22,845 bases of DNA from a virus (lineage: Duplodnaviria; Heunggongvirae; Uroviricota; Caudoviricetes). The stretch spans positions 112,685 through 135,529 of the IMG/VR virus record IMGVR_UViG_3300020171_000017, one strand, 5' to 3'. The position numbers and the translations under genes are program-made. The first letter of the stretch is position 1; each line of letters opens with the position of its first letter. The notes beneath the pieces were generated by a model. The model did no database searches, had not been told where the DNA came from, and worked only from the letters and a program-made list of their open reading frames with translations. Positions 7,310-15,779 of this stretch are shown in pieces.

Positions 7310-8779
7310 TTAATTAATTTGGTTTAACCTTTCAAGTCCAGCTTCAGCAATAAACTGTTTACTTGTAGTTAATATATATTCTTTACTGCGCAAGAAAGGA
7401 AAGATCATTTCTTCAAGAGTATCTCTATCGATATCGCATGTACCTGCCAATGTTTTAATACCCATACCTTTAGGGTATCTTGCCAGAGTAGATAAGACCT
7501 TTAAATCAATTTCAGTCAAGCCGTCTGGCTCTATTTTTTGAGTAGCCATTTCCTCTTGCACCGTAACGGTACTGATACTTTTTTCATGTTTATACACAGA
7601 CCTGTCTCGGCAAGCCATTAGATACCCTATCACCACACGAGGCACGCCGCGCGCGCGTTTAGCAATTTCAAGTACCGCTTCTTTTTCAATCGGTATTTCC
7701 TCTTTTTCAGAATTAAATTGAATAATTTTCACCAAATCGTTGACAGAGTAGGATTTCAAGTAACATGATAAAGGCAACCTATCTCTTAAAGGTTTTTTAA
7801 GTGTGCCTGGGTTTGTAGTAGCGCCGATGATCGTAAAAGGCAACCGCGTGCCGATAATATTAGCCGTAAGTATACAATCTACTCCATCAACTAACACCTT
7901 TGTTCCTGATAAACTTGAATAGAAGATATGAGATTCCATTAAAGAAAAGAACATTTCATCAGGCATTTCCTTACTGGAAAGTTTATGTATCTCATCAAAA
8001 AAAAGAATAGCGTTCTTACCTGATTCCTGAATAAGATCTATTTCACGCATAGCGAAATACAAATCTTTTTGCGAACCGATTGAGCCGCCGGTGCGCTGTA
8101 CGCAGATAGAGTCCATTTCGTTAGCGATTATCTGTGCTAGAGTGGTTTTACCAGTATTATGTGTAATAATCCAATCATTAGTTATGTACCAACCACTAGG
8201 AGAATTAAGTGTAAATCCGTAAACCATTTCTTTTTTATTCTCTGGGGTGACAAACATTGATTTTATCCTTACATTCTTCCATTTAGTAGAGAATTCAATA
8301 GCAGAAGCAAAAATTCCGAATTTATTTCCTATATTTGAAAACTCGCCTGCTGGAACATTTACATAGCTATTACAAGATACACATTTACAAACTAAAAGAT
8401 GTTCTTTAGCAACACGGTATTCTCCATAATTAATTTTTCTAATAACTCCAGATTTCCTTTTACCAACAACAACTTTATAGATATTTGATATATATTTTTT
8501 AGTGTCTAGTACTGTCGCTATAACAGTAGTGTCATCTGATTGAGGAGAAAAGACTTGGTCGCCTTTTTTAATTAACTCAACATTTTTCCATTTCCCATTA
8601 GCCATCAAAACTTTTTGTCCTTTAGGTTGGCATCCAGCCTGGCCATATAACAGAATATTAGGTAACATAGTTGAACGTGCTTTAGCTGAAACGATAGCGA
8701 TACGCAGCCTTTCTACCGTATCTTTGTTAGTTTCTCCTTGAAACTCTTCAAGTGTTGTCGGTCTCATTAGATTTTCCAC
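7310..8779 (-). CDS. ruvB: Holliday junction branch-migration ATPase RuvB, intein-containing
   Basis: RPTTLEEFQG, split Walker A GQAG|TGKTT, FFDEIH, IGATT...PLRDRL, ARGVPR. Confidence 0.9.
   Translation of the reverse strand: MENLMRPTTLEEFQGETNKDTVERLRIAIVSAKARSTMLPNILLYGQAGCQPKGQKVLMANGKWKNVELIKKGDQVFSPQSDDTTVIATVLDTKKYISNIYKVVVGKRKSGVIRKINYGEYRVAKEHLLVCKCVSCNSYVNVPAGEFSNIGNKFGIFASAIEFSTKWKNVRIKSMFVTPENKKEMVYGFTLNSPSGWYITNDWIITHNTGKTTLAQIIANEMDSICVQRTGGSIGSQKDLYFAMREIDLIQESGKNAILFFDEIHKLSSKEMPDEMFFSLMESHIFYSSLSGTKVLVDGVDCILTANIIGTRLPFTIIGATTNPGTLKKPLRDRLPLSCYLKSYSVNDLVKIIQFNSEKEEIPIEKEAVLEIAKRARGVPRVVIGYLMACRDRSVYKHEKSISTVTVQEEMATQKIEPDGLTEIDLKVLSTLARYPKGMGIKTLAGTCDIDRDTLEEMIFPFLRSKEYILTTSKQFIAEAGLERLNQIN
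8156..8632 (-). mobile_element. 159-aa mini-intein in the RuvB P-loop
   Basis: Starts CQPKGQKVLMANG, ends WIITHN, followed by Thr(+1). No LAGLIDADG motifs seen. Confidence 0.9.
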
Positions 8780-9725
8780 TGTACATTTTTTGCTCTACCT
8801 TCATTGCGGCTTTACTAATGAAGTTAGGTGATACGCTCACATATCTATCAAGTTGCGAGAATGAACTCCAACCCATTATCGCGCGTAACGCGTGAATATC
8901 ACCGCCTGATTCTATCCATCTGGTACAAAAAGTATGGCGTGCGAGATGCGAACCGTAAGGCTTGTTCCATGAGTTCTTATAAGGAAACGCTACATCAATA
9001 ATATTTTTCATCGCATAATAAACATAATCACGCCGCAATGGCTTGCCCCAGTGGTTAAAGAAGATATTGCTGATAGGTGAAGGATACTTGATTAAGTAAG
9101 ATTCTAACACTTCTTTAGTGCGTTTTGATATAGGCACACGTCTTTCTCTATACTTACCCTTTACGTCTTCTTTTGGCAAGAAGATCAACCTTTTTTCAAG
9201 ATCGATATTTTCTTTTTTAATTGAGATGATTTCTTTCGCGCGCAGGCCTGAAGTTATCGCGATATAGAAGAGTAACTTTTCTCTTAATTCAATTAAAGGA
9301 CCTTCAACCGCTTTTAACAGTAAACGTATCTCTTTAAGTGTTATAGTGCGATAAGTACCTCCACTGCCGTTTGGCGGTGATTTCAATCCTTTAGCTGGGT
9401 TCTTCGCGTCATCAAGGTAACGTTCTAATACCAAGAACTTAAAGAAAGTTTTTAGCTTTACGATAGCTAATTGAAGAGTAGTAATACTCTTCCAACGGCC
9501 GTCGGTTTTCTTTTTAATGATATAATTGCGTAGATCGGTAGTGGTAACTTCTAGTAATGATTTATCAATATCATTTAAAATCATAACAAAGAATCGTTGC
9601 CAGTTGTAAATAGTTACAGGGCTAAGTAACGCTATAGAACTGAGATATGCTTCGGTAAGTTGTTTATTCGACCAAGTTGGCGGTGTTGGTATTGTTTGGT
9701 TTTGATTCAAGATTTCATTTTCCAT
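8748..9725 (-). CDS. tyrosine recombinase (XerC/D/integrase-like)
   Basis: SGLRAKE (R), HLARH (HxxR), MGW, DRY (catalytic Y); N-terminal SAM-like domain. Confidence 0.92.
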   Translation of the reverse strand: MENEILNQNQTIPTPPTWSNKQLTEAYLSSIALLSPVTIYNWQRFFVMILNDIDKSLLEVTTTDLRNYIIKKKTDGRWKSITTLQLAIVKLKTFFKFLVLERYLDDAKNPAKGLKSPPNGSGGTYRTITLKEIRLLLKAVEGPLIELREKLLFYIAITSGLRAKEIISIKKENIDLEKRLIFLPKEDVKGKYRERRVPISKRTKEVLESYLIKYPSPISNIFFNHWGKPLRRDYVYYAMKNIIDVAFPYKNSWNKPYGSHLARHTFCTRWIESGGDIHALRAIMGWSSFSQLDRYVSVSPNFISKAAMKVEQKMYSGKSNETDNT

Positions 9726-9752
9726 TTTTCGTATTTTATTTTAATTATTGTA

Positions 9753-9781
9753 ATTATAGCATATTTTGTATTAATTGTCAA
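9753..9781 (-). promoter_or_regulatory. consensus sigma70 promoter for the recombinase/ruvB operon
   Basis: TTGACA-17 nt-TATAAT with extended TG; overlaps the 3' end of the xis-like gene. Confidence 0.85.
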
Positions 9782-10004
9782 TATCTTTTTTCATCCTTGG
9801 TGGGCCTTTGCGTGTTAGAGTAGAAATAAACTGTTTGACATCATCTTCAATAAAGATACGCGTAGATCCAATCTTAAATGAAGGTAATTTCTCGTTTGTT
9901 ATAAGGTATTGGATGTAAGTACGGCCCCAATGCCTGCCTTGAGTGGTTACATAAACCATTAAATCTTTTGTTGTAAGCCATTCTTTCGGTTTAGTTGTTG
10001 TCAT
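9771..10004 (-). CDS. excisionase-like HTH DNA-binding protein
   Basis: WLTTKDL...IQYLITNEKLPSFKIGSTRIF pattern of HTH_17/Xis proteins, adjacent to the recombinase. Confidence 0.75.
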   Translation of the reverse strand: MTTTKPKEWLTTKDLMVYVTTQGRHWGRTYIQYLITNEKLPSFKIGSTRIFIEDDVKQFISTLTRKGPPRMKKDIDN

Positions 10005-10369
10005 TTTTTTATCGCCTCCTTTTGAGTTCGTTCAGTGAATAGGTCTTTATTCCAGTAATCGGTTTGTTTTGGTGTGTTTTTTGCTTCTATATATTGTGGG
10101 TACATTTCAGCCACAAACCTGAATATTTGTTTGTACTGTTTAATATAAGGTACTGCGTACTTCTGTTTCATTTCGGTTTTTGTAGGCTCGTCCCATTCGC
10201 TCGGCAATTTAAACGCTAAATCTTTGCCGTTAAGTTGCAGCAGCGCGCCCGCGCAGCGCAAGCCGTGCAGGTTGCCGAAGATAAAATAATCTTGATAGCA
10301 AGTAGCGCAGGCAAGCACGAGTTGCCAAAGGTCAGTATCTTGTTTCAAATCGGAACGTGGGTCAGTCAT
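10001..10369 (-). CDS. hypothetical phage protein
   Basis: 122 aa ORF with ATGA overlaps on both sides. Confidence 0.7.
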   Translation of the reverse strand: MTDPRSDLKQDTDLWQLVLACATCYQDYFIFGNLHGLRCAGALLQLNGKDLAFKLPSEWDEPTKTEMKQKYAVPYIKQYKQIFRFVAEMYPQYIEAKNTPKQTDYWNKDLFTERTQKEAIKK

Positions 10370-11304
10370 CTAGTTTTCTTTCCGACGATAAGATACTCAT
10401 GTTTTTTAGGAGTAATCTTCCTTTCCCAGATTTGATTCGGGAAAGAAGCACCCATACAATTATTATTAGCAAGTATAATTATGTCAAATAGTTTAAAACC
10501 TACTTCTTGCATAAGATTGGCAGTATCGGCATGAAACATATAGAATTTACCATCCATTCTAAAATCATTGACATTAAAAGCGCAGATCTTATCAGGTTTC
10601 AATACTCGGTAACATTCAGCTAATATACGCTTTAATCCTATTAAAAACTCTTCATATGTTTTATTGTAGCCTATTTGACGGGGATCATCGTTATAGAACT
10701 CGATCGAAAAATAAGGCGGTGAAGTGAAAATCAGGTCAATTGAATTATCAGTTTCTTCCATTTTTTCAGATGACTGATATCGTAATGTTATATTATATTT
10801 AGATGGGAAAAGTTGATTAGAAGTAATTTTAGTTTTTACTTCATTAGTGAATTCAACATAATCTTTACAAACATCATAACCAATATAGTGCCGATTAAGT
10901 TTATGTACGATTTCCATTCTACTATTATGTCCGTGGCATGGATCTAACACCGTTTCGCCTTCTTCACTGTAAAAATTCGTAATCTTTCTACATAGATCAG
11001 GTGGAAAAGTAGATACACCAGAACCTTTACCTCTTACATTCAATGAACTCATATCGAATGCGTCTAAGATTTGATTGACTTCCTTTTTTTCGCCGCCAAG
11101 AGTCTCAAATTTTTTAAGATTATACTTCATTCGGTGGTGCTTCTTTTCAGCGATAATAGTTTGTTTTTGATCGTCCATCTCAAGAGTATTTTTTCCCCAT
11201 GAAAAGTTTATATTCCAAATTGAAGTAGGAATCCCCCCAAATTTTTGCAATACATTTACTTTTCCTTTTCTACTTTTTTCAAGATCTTCGGGTATTTTCG
11301 CCAT
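10366..11304 (-). CDS. amino-DNA methyltransferase (N4C/N6A type)
   Basis: Motif IV LIFTSPPY, RVLKP, and a divergent motif I VLDPCHGHNS placed before motif IV; RBS AGGAGG. Confidence 0.85.
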   Translation of the reverse strand: MAKIPEDLEKSRKGKVNVLQKFGGIPTSIWNINFSWGKNTLEMDDQKQTIIAEKKHHRMKYNLKKFETLGGEKKEVNQILDAFDMSSLNVRGKGSGVSTFPPDLCRKITNFYSEEGETVLDPCHGHNSRMEIVHKLNRHYIGYDVCKDYVEFTNEVKTKITSNQLFPSKYNITLRYQSSEKMEETDNSIDLIFTSPPYFSIEFYNDDPRQIGYNKTYEEFLIGLKRILAECYRVLKPDKICAFNVNDFRMDGKFYMFHADTANLMQEVGFKLFDIIILANNNCMGASFPNQIWERKITPKKHEYLIVGKKTR

Positions 11305-11318
11305 AAAACCTCCTAAAG

Positions 11319-11418
11319 AATTTACAAGACATTACATAACAGAACCATAATTTATTTTACGTGACTTTACTTCACTTCATCGTAAAACACTTTAAAGTAC
11401 TTGATCTTAATTTACATT
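11319..11418 (-). repeat. 5-nt-period array 2 (20 pentamers NNN(G)T)
   Basis: aatgt aaatt aagat caagt acttt aaagt gtttt acgat gaagt gaagt aaagt cacgt aaaat aaatt atggt tctgt tatgt aatgt cttgt aaatt. T at position 5 in 20/20, G at position 4 in 12/20. Confidence 0.85.
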
Positions 11419-11429
11419 ATAATCAGCAA

Positions 11430-11546
11430 TTATCCTTTCATATTTTCTACAAATTCAATTTTTGCTTTTTTATCTTTTTCCATTGAAATATTGATTGAGC
11501 CTTTAAAAACGAGATAACCTTGCATCAATCTTAATGATTCTTCCAT
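11430..11546 (-). CDS. possible 38-aa ORF between the two pentamer arrays
   Basis: MEESLRLMQGYLVFKGSINISMEKDKKAKIEFVENMKG; no clear RBS. Confidence 0.35.
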   Translation of the reverse strand: MEESLRLMQGYLVFKGSINISMEKDKKAKIEFVENMKG

Positions 11547-11559
11547 GAATAAGTTAATA

Positions 11560-11669
11560 ACTTTACTTTACTTAAATATACACTATGTGACTAAACAATA
11601 CTTTATTTTAACTGACACTAAGATACATAACACCACGCGACAAGACAGTACGTCATTCCACTTTACATA
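11560..11669 (-). repeat. 5-nt-period array 1 (22 pentamers NNN(G)T), candidate guide RNA
   Basis: tatgt aaagt ggaat gacgt actgt cttgt cgcgt ggtgt tatgt atctt agtgt cagtt aaaat aaagt attgt ttagt cacat agtgt atatt taagt aaagt aaagt. T 22/22, G 16/22. Begins 3 nt after the stop of the RAMP-like gene. Confidence 0.9.
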
Positions 11670-11672
11670 ATC

Positions 11673-12548
11673 CTATATATCCGATTTCACTTTCTCAAAT
11701 TTCATTAACTTTAATAACCCATAATCCTTATGTGAAGCACCTATATGTATGTTGTCAAGGCATTTTAAAAAAGTTTGTTCATCTATAAAACCGACTGTTG
11801 GAAAATGCACCGTTGTTTCAAAAGTCTCGCCAGGTTGTAAGGCTTCATATTTACGCAAACCTGTGCCTGGTTGACCGTCTCTTTGTGGAGGGCTATCTTT
11901 TGTAATAATTTTAATTTCTTTTTTTGGTTTAATAAATGCATCTGTAAATTCGATGTAAAGGCTTTTGCTATCTGACATATTCTTCCTTCTTAAATGTAAT
12001 TTAACTGCACTGCGTAACCATAAATTTAATGGCAACCAGATTTTACCGTCTAAATGACGAAGGGTGTTTATCCCATCATTAGAAGAAGGTTCACCGCCAA
12101 GTATAGGCACTATGTTTTCATAATATAATTTATAATCTACATAATCACGGATATCAAGTAAACGAGTTTTCCTTTGACCTTCTTCACCGCCTGTTTCTAA
12201 AAATTTAATTAAATCTAATGTTTCTTTATTTTCAAAAAATTTAGAAAGTATCGGTTTGATATGTGCCATTTCAGGTGGATTACTCCATCTGCTATCTTTC
12301 ATTGAATATCGTTCTATTGTTCCACCTTCATGGTTAGTATCATAATTAACTGAGAATAATCCTCTTTTCTTTACTGCGAGAACTGCATCTTTTATGGCTT
12401 TACCTTTAACAGATACTCCTATTTGTTTATTTATAGTTTCTGTAATCTCATCAATTGTGGGGCGGCCTTCCATTTGAACAGTGTAGACACATAAAACCGC
12501 TATTTTATTGCGATCTAATTCAAACTCCGCATTTTTTACCATTTTCAT
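11673..12548 (-). CDS. wHTH-fused RAMP/Cas7-like protein (Vipr-like)
   Basis: C-terminal about 160 aa: YENIVPILGGEP, LRHLDGKIWLP, YEALQPGETFETTV and G-rich loop IHIGASHKDYGLLKL, as in RAMP folds. The N-terminal about 85 aa looks like a winged HTH. Confidence 0.7.
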   Translation of the reverse strand: MKMVKNAEFELDRNKIAVLCVYTVQMEGRPTIDEITETINKQIGVSVKGKAIKDAVLAVKKRGLFSVNYDTNHEGGTIERYSMKDSRWSNPPEMAHIKPILSKFFENKETLDLIKFLETGGEEGQRKTRLLDIRDYVDYKLYYENIVPILGGEPSSNDGINTLRHLDGKIWLPLNLWLRSAVKLHLRRKNMSDSKSLYIEFTDAFIKPKKEIKIITKDSPPQRDGQPGTGLRKYEALQPGETFETTVHFPTVGFIDEQTFLKCLDNIHIGASHKDYGLLKLMKFEKVKSDI

Positions 12549-12638
12549 TACTCCTTTTTTATCTCCTAAAAATATTAATTAGAAATATAAAACATAATTC
12601 TTTTTAATACGATTTTATAGGTTTATAATTTTTCCTCC

Positions 12639-12914
12639 TTACGCCTTTTGTGTTTCAGGTTCTTTACTATCGAAAATCAGCTCATAACTTTCACCTTTAT
12701 CTCTAGTTAAAAACAAAAAGAACTTATCTAAATCGAACGCTTTTATAACAAAAACCCCGTCTTCTAAAAGATTATAACAAATTTCTAAACCACCTTCTAG
12801 CCCTAACGCCTCAAATCCTTCTTCCGCGAATAATTTAATTCCTTTATATTCTTCTAAATACCATTTACGCATACACAGTTTTTCTAAATTCTTCGGTTGA
12901 TTCTTTTTAGCCAT
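12639..12914 (-). CDS. hypothetical protein, first gene of the RAMP-like operon
   Basis: 91 aa ORF with AGAAAGGA RBS, downstream of a promoter. Confidence 0.7.
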   Translation of the reverse strand: MAKKNQPKNLEKLCMRKWYLEEYKGIKLFAEEGFEALGLEGGLEICYNLLEDGVFVIKAFDLDKFFLFLTRDKGESYELIFDSKEPETQKA

Positions 12915-12957
12915 AAATCCTTTCTATTGCACATAGTATCACTTATCAGGTTATTCT

Positions 12958-12985
12958 ATTATACCACTAATTAGGCAAAAGTCAA
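12958..12985 (-). promoter_or_regulatory. sigma70-type promoter
   Basis: TTGACT-16 nt-TATAAT with extended TG. Confidence 0.7.
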
Positions 12986-12991
12986 GTTAAA

Positions 12992-13108
12992 TCATATCTT
13001 TTTTGTCCTTCTTAAACTGAAGTTTGCCGATCGGGCATGATATTTCTTTACAATTATCGACAATTTTTTGCATAGGATTAAAGTTGCTTCGGCAACGGTT
13101 CTTAACAT
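12992..13108 (-). CDS. possible 38-aa ORF
   Basis: MLRTVAEATFNPMQKIVDNCKEISCPIGKLQFKKDKKI fills the intergenic gap. Confidence 0.35.
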   Translation of the reverse strand: MLRTVAEATLILCKKLSIIVKKYHARSANFSLRRTKKI

Positions 13109-13141
13109 ATTGTTTACAGAAAGTTTTCAAAATCTCGAATT

Positions 13142-13450
13142 CTATTTGCATATGTTCTCACCATCTGCTGGACCTAACATACTTTTAAATCCGACTATCG
13201 TCTTAACTATTTTATTATCACAAGTATCGACTATTTCTGCGTAAGTTTTTTCAGCTTCTATATCCCACCGCCAGGTATCTTCAAATGCTTGAATTTGAGC
13301 TTTTGATTTTGTGCCGTCTTGCTCTTGAAACAAAAGATTATAATTCTTACCTGACTGAAACGGTGGGTCAAGGTAAATTAAATCAATCGATTCGGTTGGG
13401 ATATGTTTTCTTAAAATTTCTAAATTATCACCATAATAAAGTGCGTTCAT
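13142..13450 (-). pseudogene. truncated beta-class N6A DNA methyltransferase (N-terminal part only)
   Basis: LYYGDNLEIL...SIDLIYLDPPF...AFEDTW; ends before the RVLK and motif I regions. Confidence 0.8.
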
Positions 13451-13821
13451 TTCATTTCCTTTTCAAACGTCAATAACTTCGGTTTATACACGATACTCAA
13501 TTTTTTAAATTCAGGTAGAGCGATTTTTTTGCATCTGGCTCTGATAAACTGGCTGCTGATTGCCATACCGATCATTTGGGAAAGCCGAAGATTAGTCTCA
13601 TACACTACCCCGCGTTTAGTTTCATGCAAAGAATATCCTTCAGGTGTAGTATAGATATATGTATCTATCTTTCCTGTTCTAAAACTGTGGCGTAAACTTC
13701 TGATTATATTAGTAATATTTTTCAATTCAATATTCAATTGGCGAGCTATCTCTGTGCATCTAATCGGCCCTTTTTCTGAAATCAACTGTAATACTAATTT
13801 CGTATTATTTTCCATTTTCAT
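13447..13821 (-). CDS. winged-HTH DNA-binding protein
   Basis: LQLISEKGPIRCTEIARQLNIELKNITNIIRSL. Confidence 0.75.
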   Translation of the reverse strand: MKMENNTKLVLQLISEKGPIRCTEIARQLNIELKNITNIIRSLRHSFRTGKIDTYIYTTPEGYSLHETKRGVVYETNLRLSQMIGMAISSQFIRARCKKIALPEFKKLSIVYKPKLLTFEKEMK

Positions 13822-14798
13822 AGTCCTTTCTTGTTCTGCAACTCTTTTGTTAATACTTCAATTGTTTTTTTGTATATTCTGCGTAACGAAGTTATAGTAT
13901 TTCTATTCAGGCGTTTTCTCTCTAATTTAGAAATGCCTTTGATCGCATCCGAAAGACAAGAAAAGATATAAAGCGCATGTTGATTGTCCGAAATCATCTT
14001 TTTATCCTCGTGCATCTTTTTATGCTCTATAATTCTATCCTCGGACTCTTCTTCTGTTTCTTTTGCTGTTTGCAGGGATATCAAATCTGCTTCACCAGAT
14101 AAGATTTTGTTTTTAATATTTGTTGGAGCGGTTTTATACATCGTAATCAGTTTAGCCTGATCGCCCGTCCTTTGTGCGATAGAAGATTTTAATGCTGTTG
14201 CCAATGCTTTTTGTTCTTCGTGGTTTTTAAATAAAGAGAGCATCTCCGCCTGGCTAAGGTTAATCATATCGCTTTGCGGTTTATGGCCGCCCTCTTGGCT
14301 CTCTATCTTGTTTATTAAATCTGGAGCTAAATTCTCGGCTATACGCAGCAGTGCCCAAATTCCTTCTTTATTAACTGTTTTACCATCAACCGATATGAAT
14401 TTAACAATATCAGCAGCATTAACATTTTTATAGTGTAACGTATCTATTAAATACTTTTTCGCTAAAACAGCTGATCGCATACGTAAATTCCAACCATGCT
14501 CTCTGGTAAGGTTTTCCCGCAACAACTCAACGAGCATTTTACTATCGTTATAATCTCTGATTAATATTTCAACTTCAATCCCTGTGCCGTAATAAGATCT
14601 TAATGCTTCAAGCCGATGATGGCCATATACAAGTTGGTATCCACTGCCAGTAATACGTACTTCAAACCTTTGGTTTTTGCCGAAATCCGACATTTTAAAA
14701 CTTTCTTTAATCCTATCGATTTGATTATTATCAAGGTTGCCAAGTTCTTTTCTAAACGGATTCGGTGCTATTAACTTTTCAATAACTTTCATTTTCAT
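13818..14798 (-). CDS. ParB/Srx N-terminal domain protein
   Basis: YQLVYGHHRLEAL and ENLTRE motifs. Confidence 0.8.
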   Translation of the reverse strand: MKMKVIEKLIAPNPFRKELGNLDNNQIDRIKESFKMSDFGKNQRFEVRITGSGYQLVYGHHRLEALRSYYGTGIEVEILIRDYNDSKMLVELLRENLTREHGWNLRMRSAVLAKKYLIDTLHYKNVNAADIVKFISVDGKTVNKEGIWALLRIAENLAPDLINKIESQEGGHKPQSDMINLSQAEMLSLFKNHEEQKALATALKSSIAQRTGDQAKLITMYKTAPTNIKNKILSGEADLISLQTAKETEEESEDRIIEHKKMHEDKKMISDNQHALYIFSCLSDAIKGISKLERKRLNRNTITSLRRIYKKTIEVLTKELQNKKGL

Positions 14799-14806
14799 CT
14801 CCTTTT

Positions 14807-15235
14807 TTAATTTATTTTAATATCATATTGTATGGTTATATCCTTTTTCTCATAAAGGCTTATTGTTTGGGTAGATAAAATCATGCTGTTTTTAAGAAAA
14901 GATTGCACCTCCTCTTGAGTTTCAAAACCGCAAATGTTACTGCTATTAATATAAAGTATATACTTCGCGCCAAATACGAGTTTAGTTTCTTTTGGTTTAG
15001 AAGATCCTGGTTTATACTTTAAATCTGGATTCTGCACACCACGTAACCAAGTATAAAGTCCAGCACCACCTATATGCCGATTAAACTTCGCATTGTATTC
15101 TTCAAGGATTTTAAGATCTCTAATTTTAGCACCTTTAATATCGTTATTAAGTTTAGTAGCAATGACTTCTTTCGCCCAAACTACTTCTTCTTCACTATGC
15201 TTCGGTCCTTTGTATCCGCCTATTCCCATTTTCAT
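14807..15235 (-). CDS. hypothetical protein
   Basis: 142 aa ORF with RBS. Confidence 0.65.
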   Translation of the reverse strand: MKMGIGGYKGPKHSEEEVVWAKEVIATKLNNDIKGAKIRDLKILEEYNAKFNRHIGGAGLYTWLRGVQNPDLKYKPGSSKPKETKLVFGAKYILYINSSNICGFETQEEVQSFLKNSMILSTQTISLYEKKDITIQYDIKIN

Positions 15236-15245
15236 TCCTCCTTAA

Positions 15246-15536
15246 TTAAATTGGTTTGTCTTCTACTTGCTTTTCGATATCAATAATCCTAACTTTTTTG
15301 TTAAACTGTTTTGCCAAACCTCTTGGGCTTGATATGATTAAACCTGTTGCATCTAAATTGAAATAATCCCATTCATAAGTTGTATTTGCGCCATGCCAGG
15401 ATTCACCTGTTTTTATGCGGATGCCGTAACCATTGTCATTTTTAAATACTGCAGGACTAAATTTACCAAAAACACGCATACTTGATATTTTGTGTTTATA
15501 TGGAAACTGATCAAAACTAATTTCTCTCACTTTCAT
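15246..15536 (-). CDS. hypothetical protein
   Basis: 96 aa ORF with AGGAGG RBS. Confidence 0.65.
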   Translation of the reverse strand: MKVREISFDQFPYKHKISSMRVFGKFSPAVFKNDNGYGIRIKTGESWHGANTTYEWDYFNLDATGLIISSPRGLAKQFNKKVRIIDIEKQVEDKPI

Positions 15537-15551
15537 TTTTATACCTTTCTT

Positions 15552-15779
15552 TTAATATTTATTTATTTGCGGTTTAGATCCTAAACGATAAAATAAATCA
15601 CGAATTAAATGCGGTGGGAAGTTTTCCCAACTGCCTAATTCGTTTATTAATTTGTTAACCAGCCAATTCTCCTTTTTAAATTTTTCAATTTTTTCATTAA
15701 ATTCATTTAATGGAATAATTGGTAAACTATCAACTTGTTCTTGTGTTATCTTCCTTTCTATTTGTCGTTCAATCATCAT
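15552..15779 (-). CDS. hypothetical protein
   Basis: 75 aa ORF. Confidence 0.6.
   Translation of the reverse strand: MMIERQIERKITQEQVDSLPIIPLNEFNEKIEKFKKENWLVNKLINELGSWENFPPHLIRDLFYRLGSKPQINKY

Noticed and set aside
7309-7317. Self-target for TIGR spacer TTAATTAAT
   Set aside because: Only one 9-nt half matches in AT-rich DNA; the adjacent 9 nt do not match the partner spacer
11319-11669. Simple microsatellite or low-complexity AT-rich DNA
   Set aside because: Only positions 4-5 of each pentamer are conserved while positions 1-3 vary, which slippage repeats do not produce. The phase holds for 100-110 nt twice.
12549-12638. Third pentamer array upstream of the RAMP-like gene
   Set aside because: T phasing is incomplete, GT is rare, and AT-richness explains it
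13083-13096. GTTGC-TTCG-GCAAC hairpin with a C(UUCG)G loop on the plus strand
   Set aside because: Only 5 bp, no U-tract, no plus-strand promoter found, and it lies within a possible small minus-strand ORF
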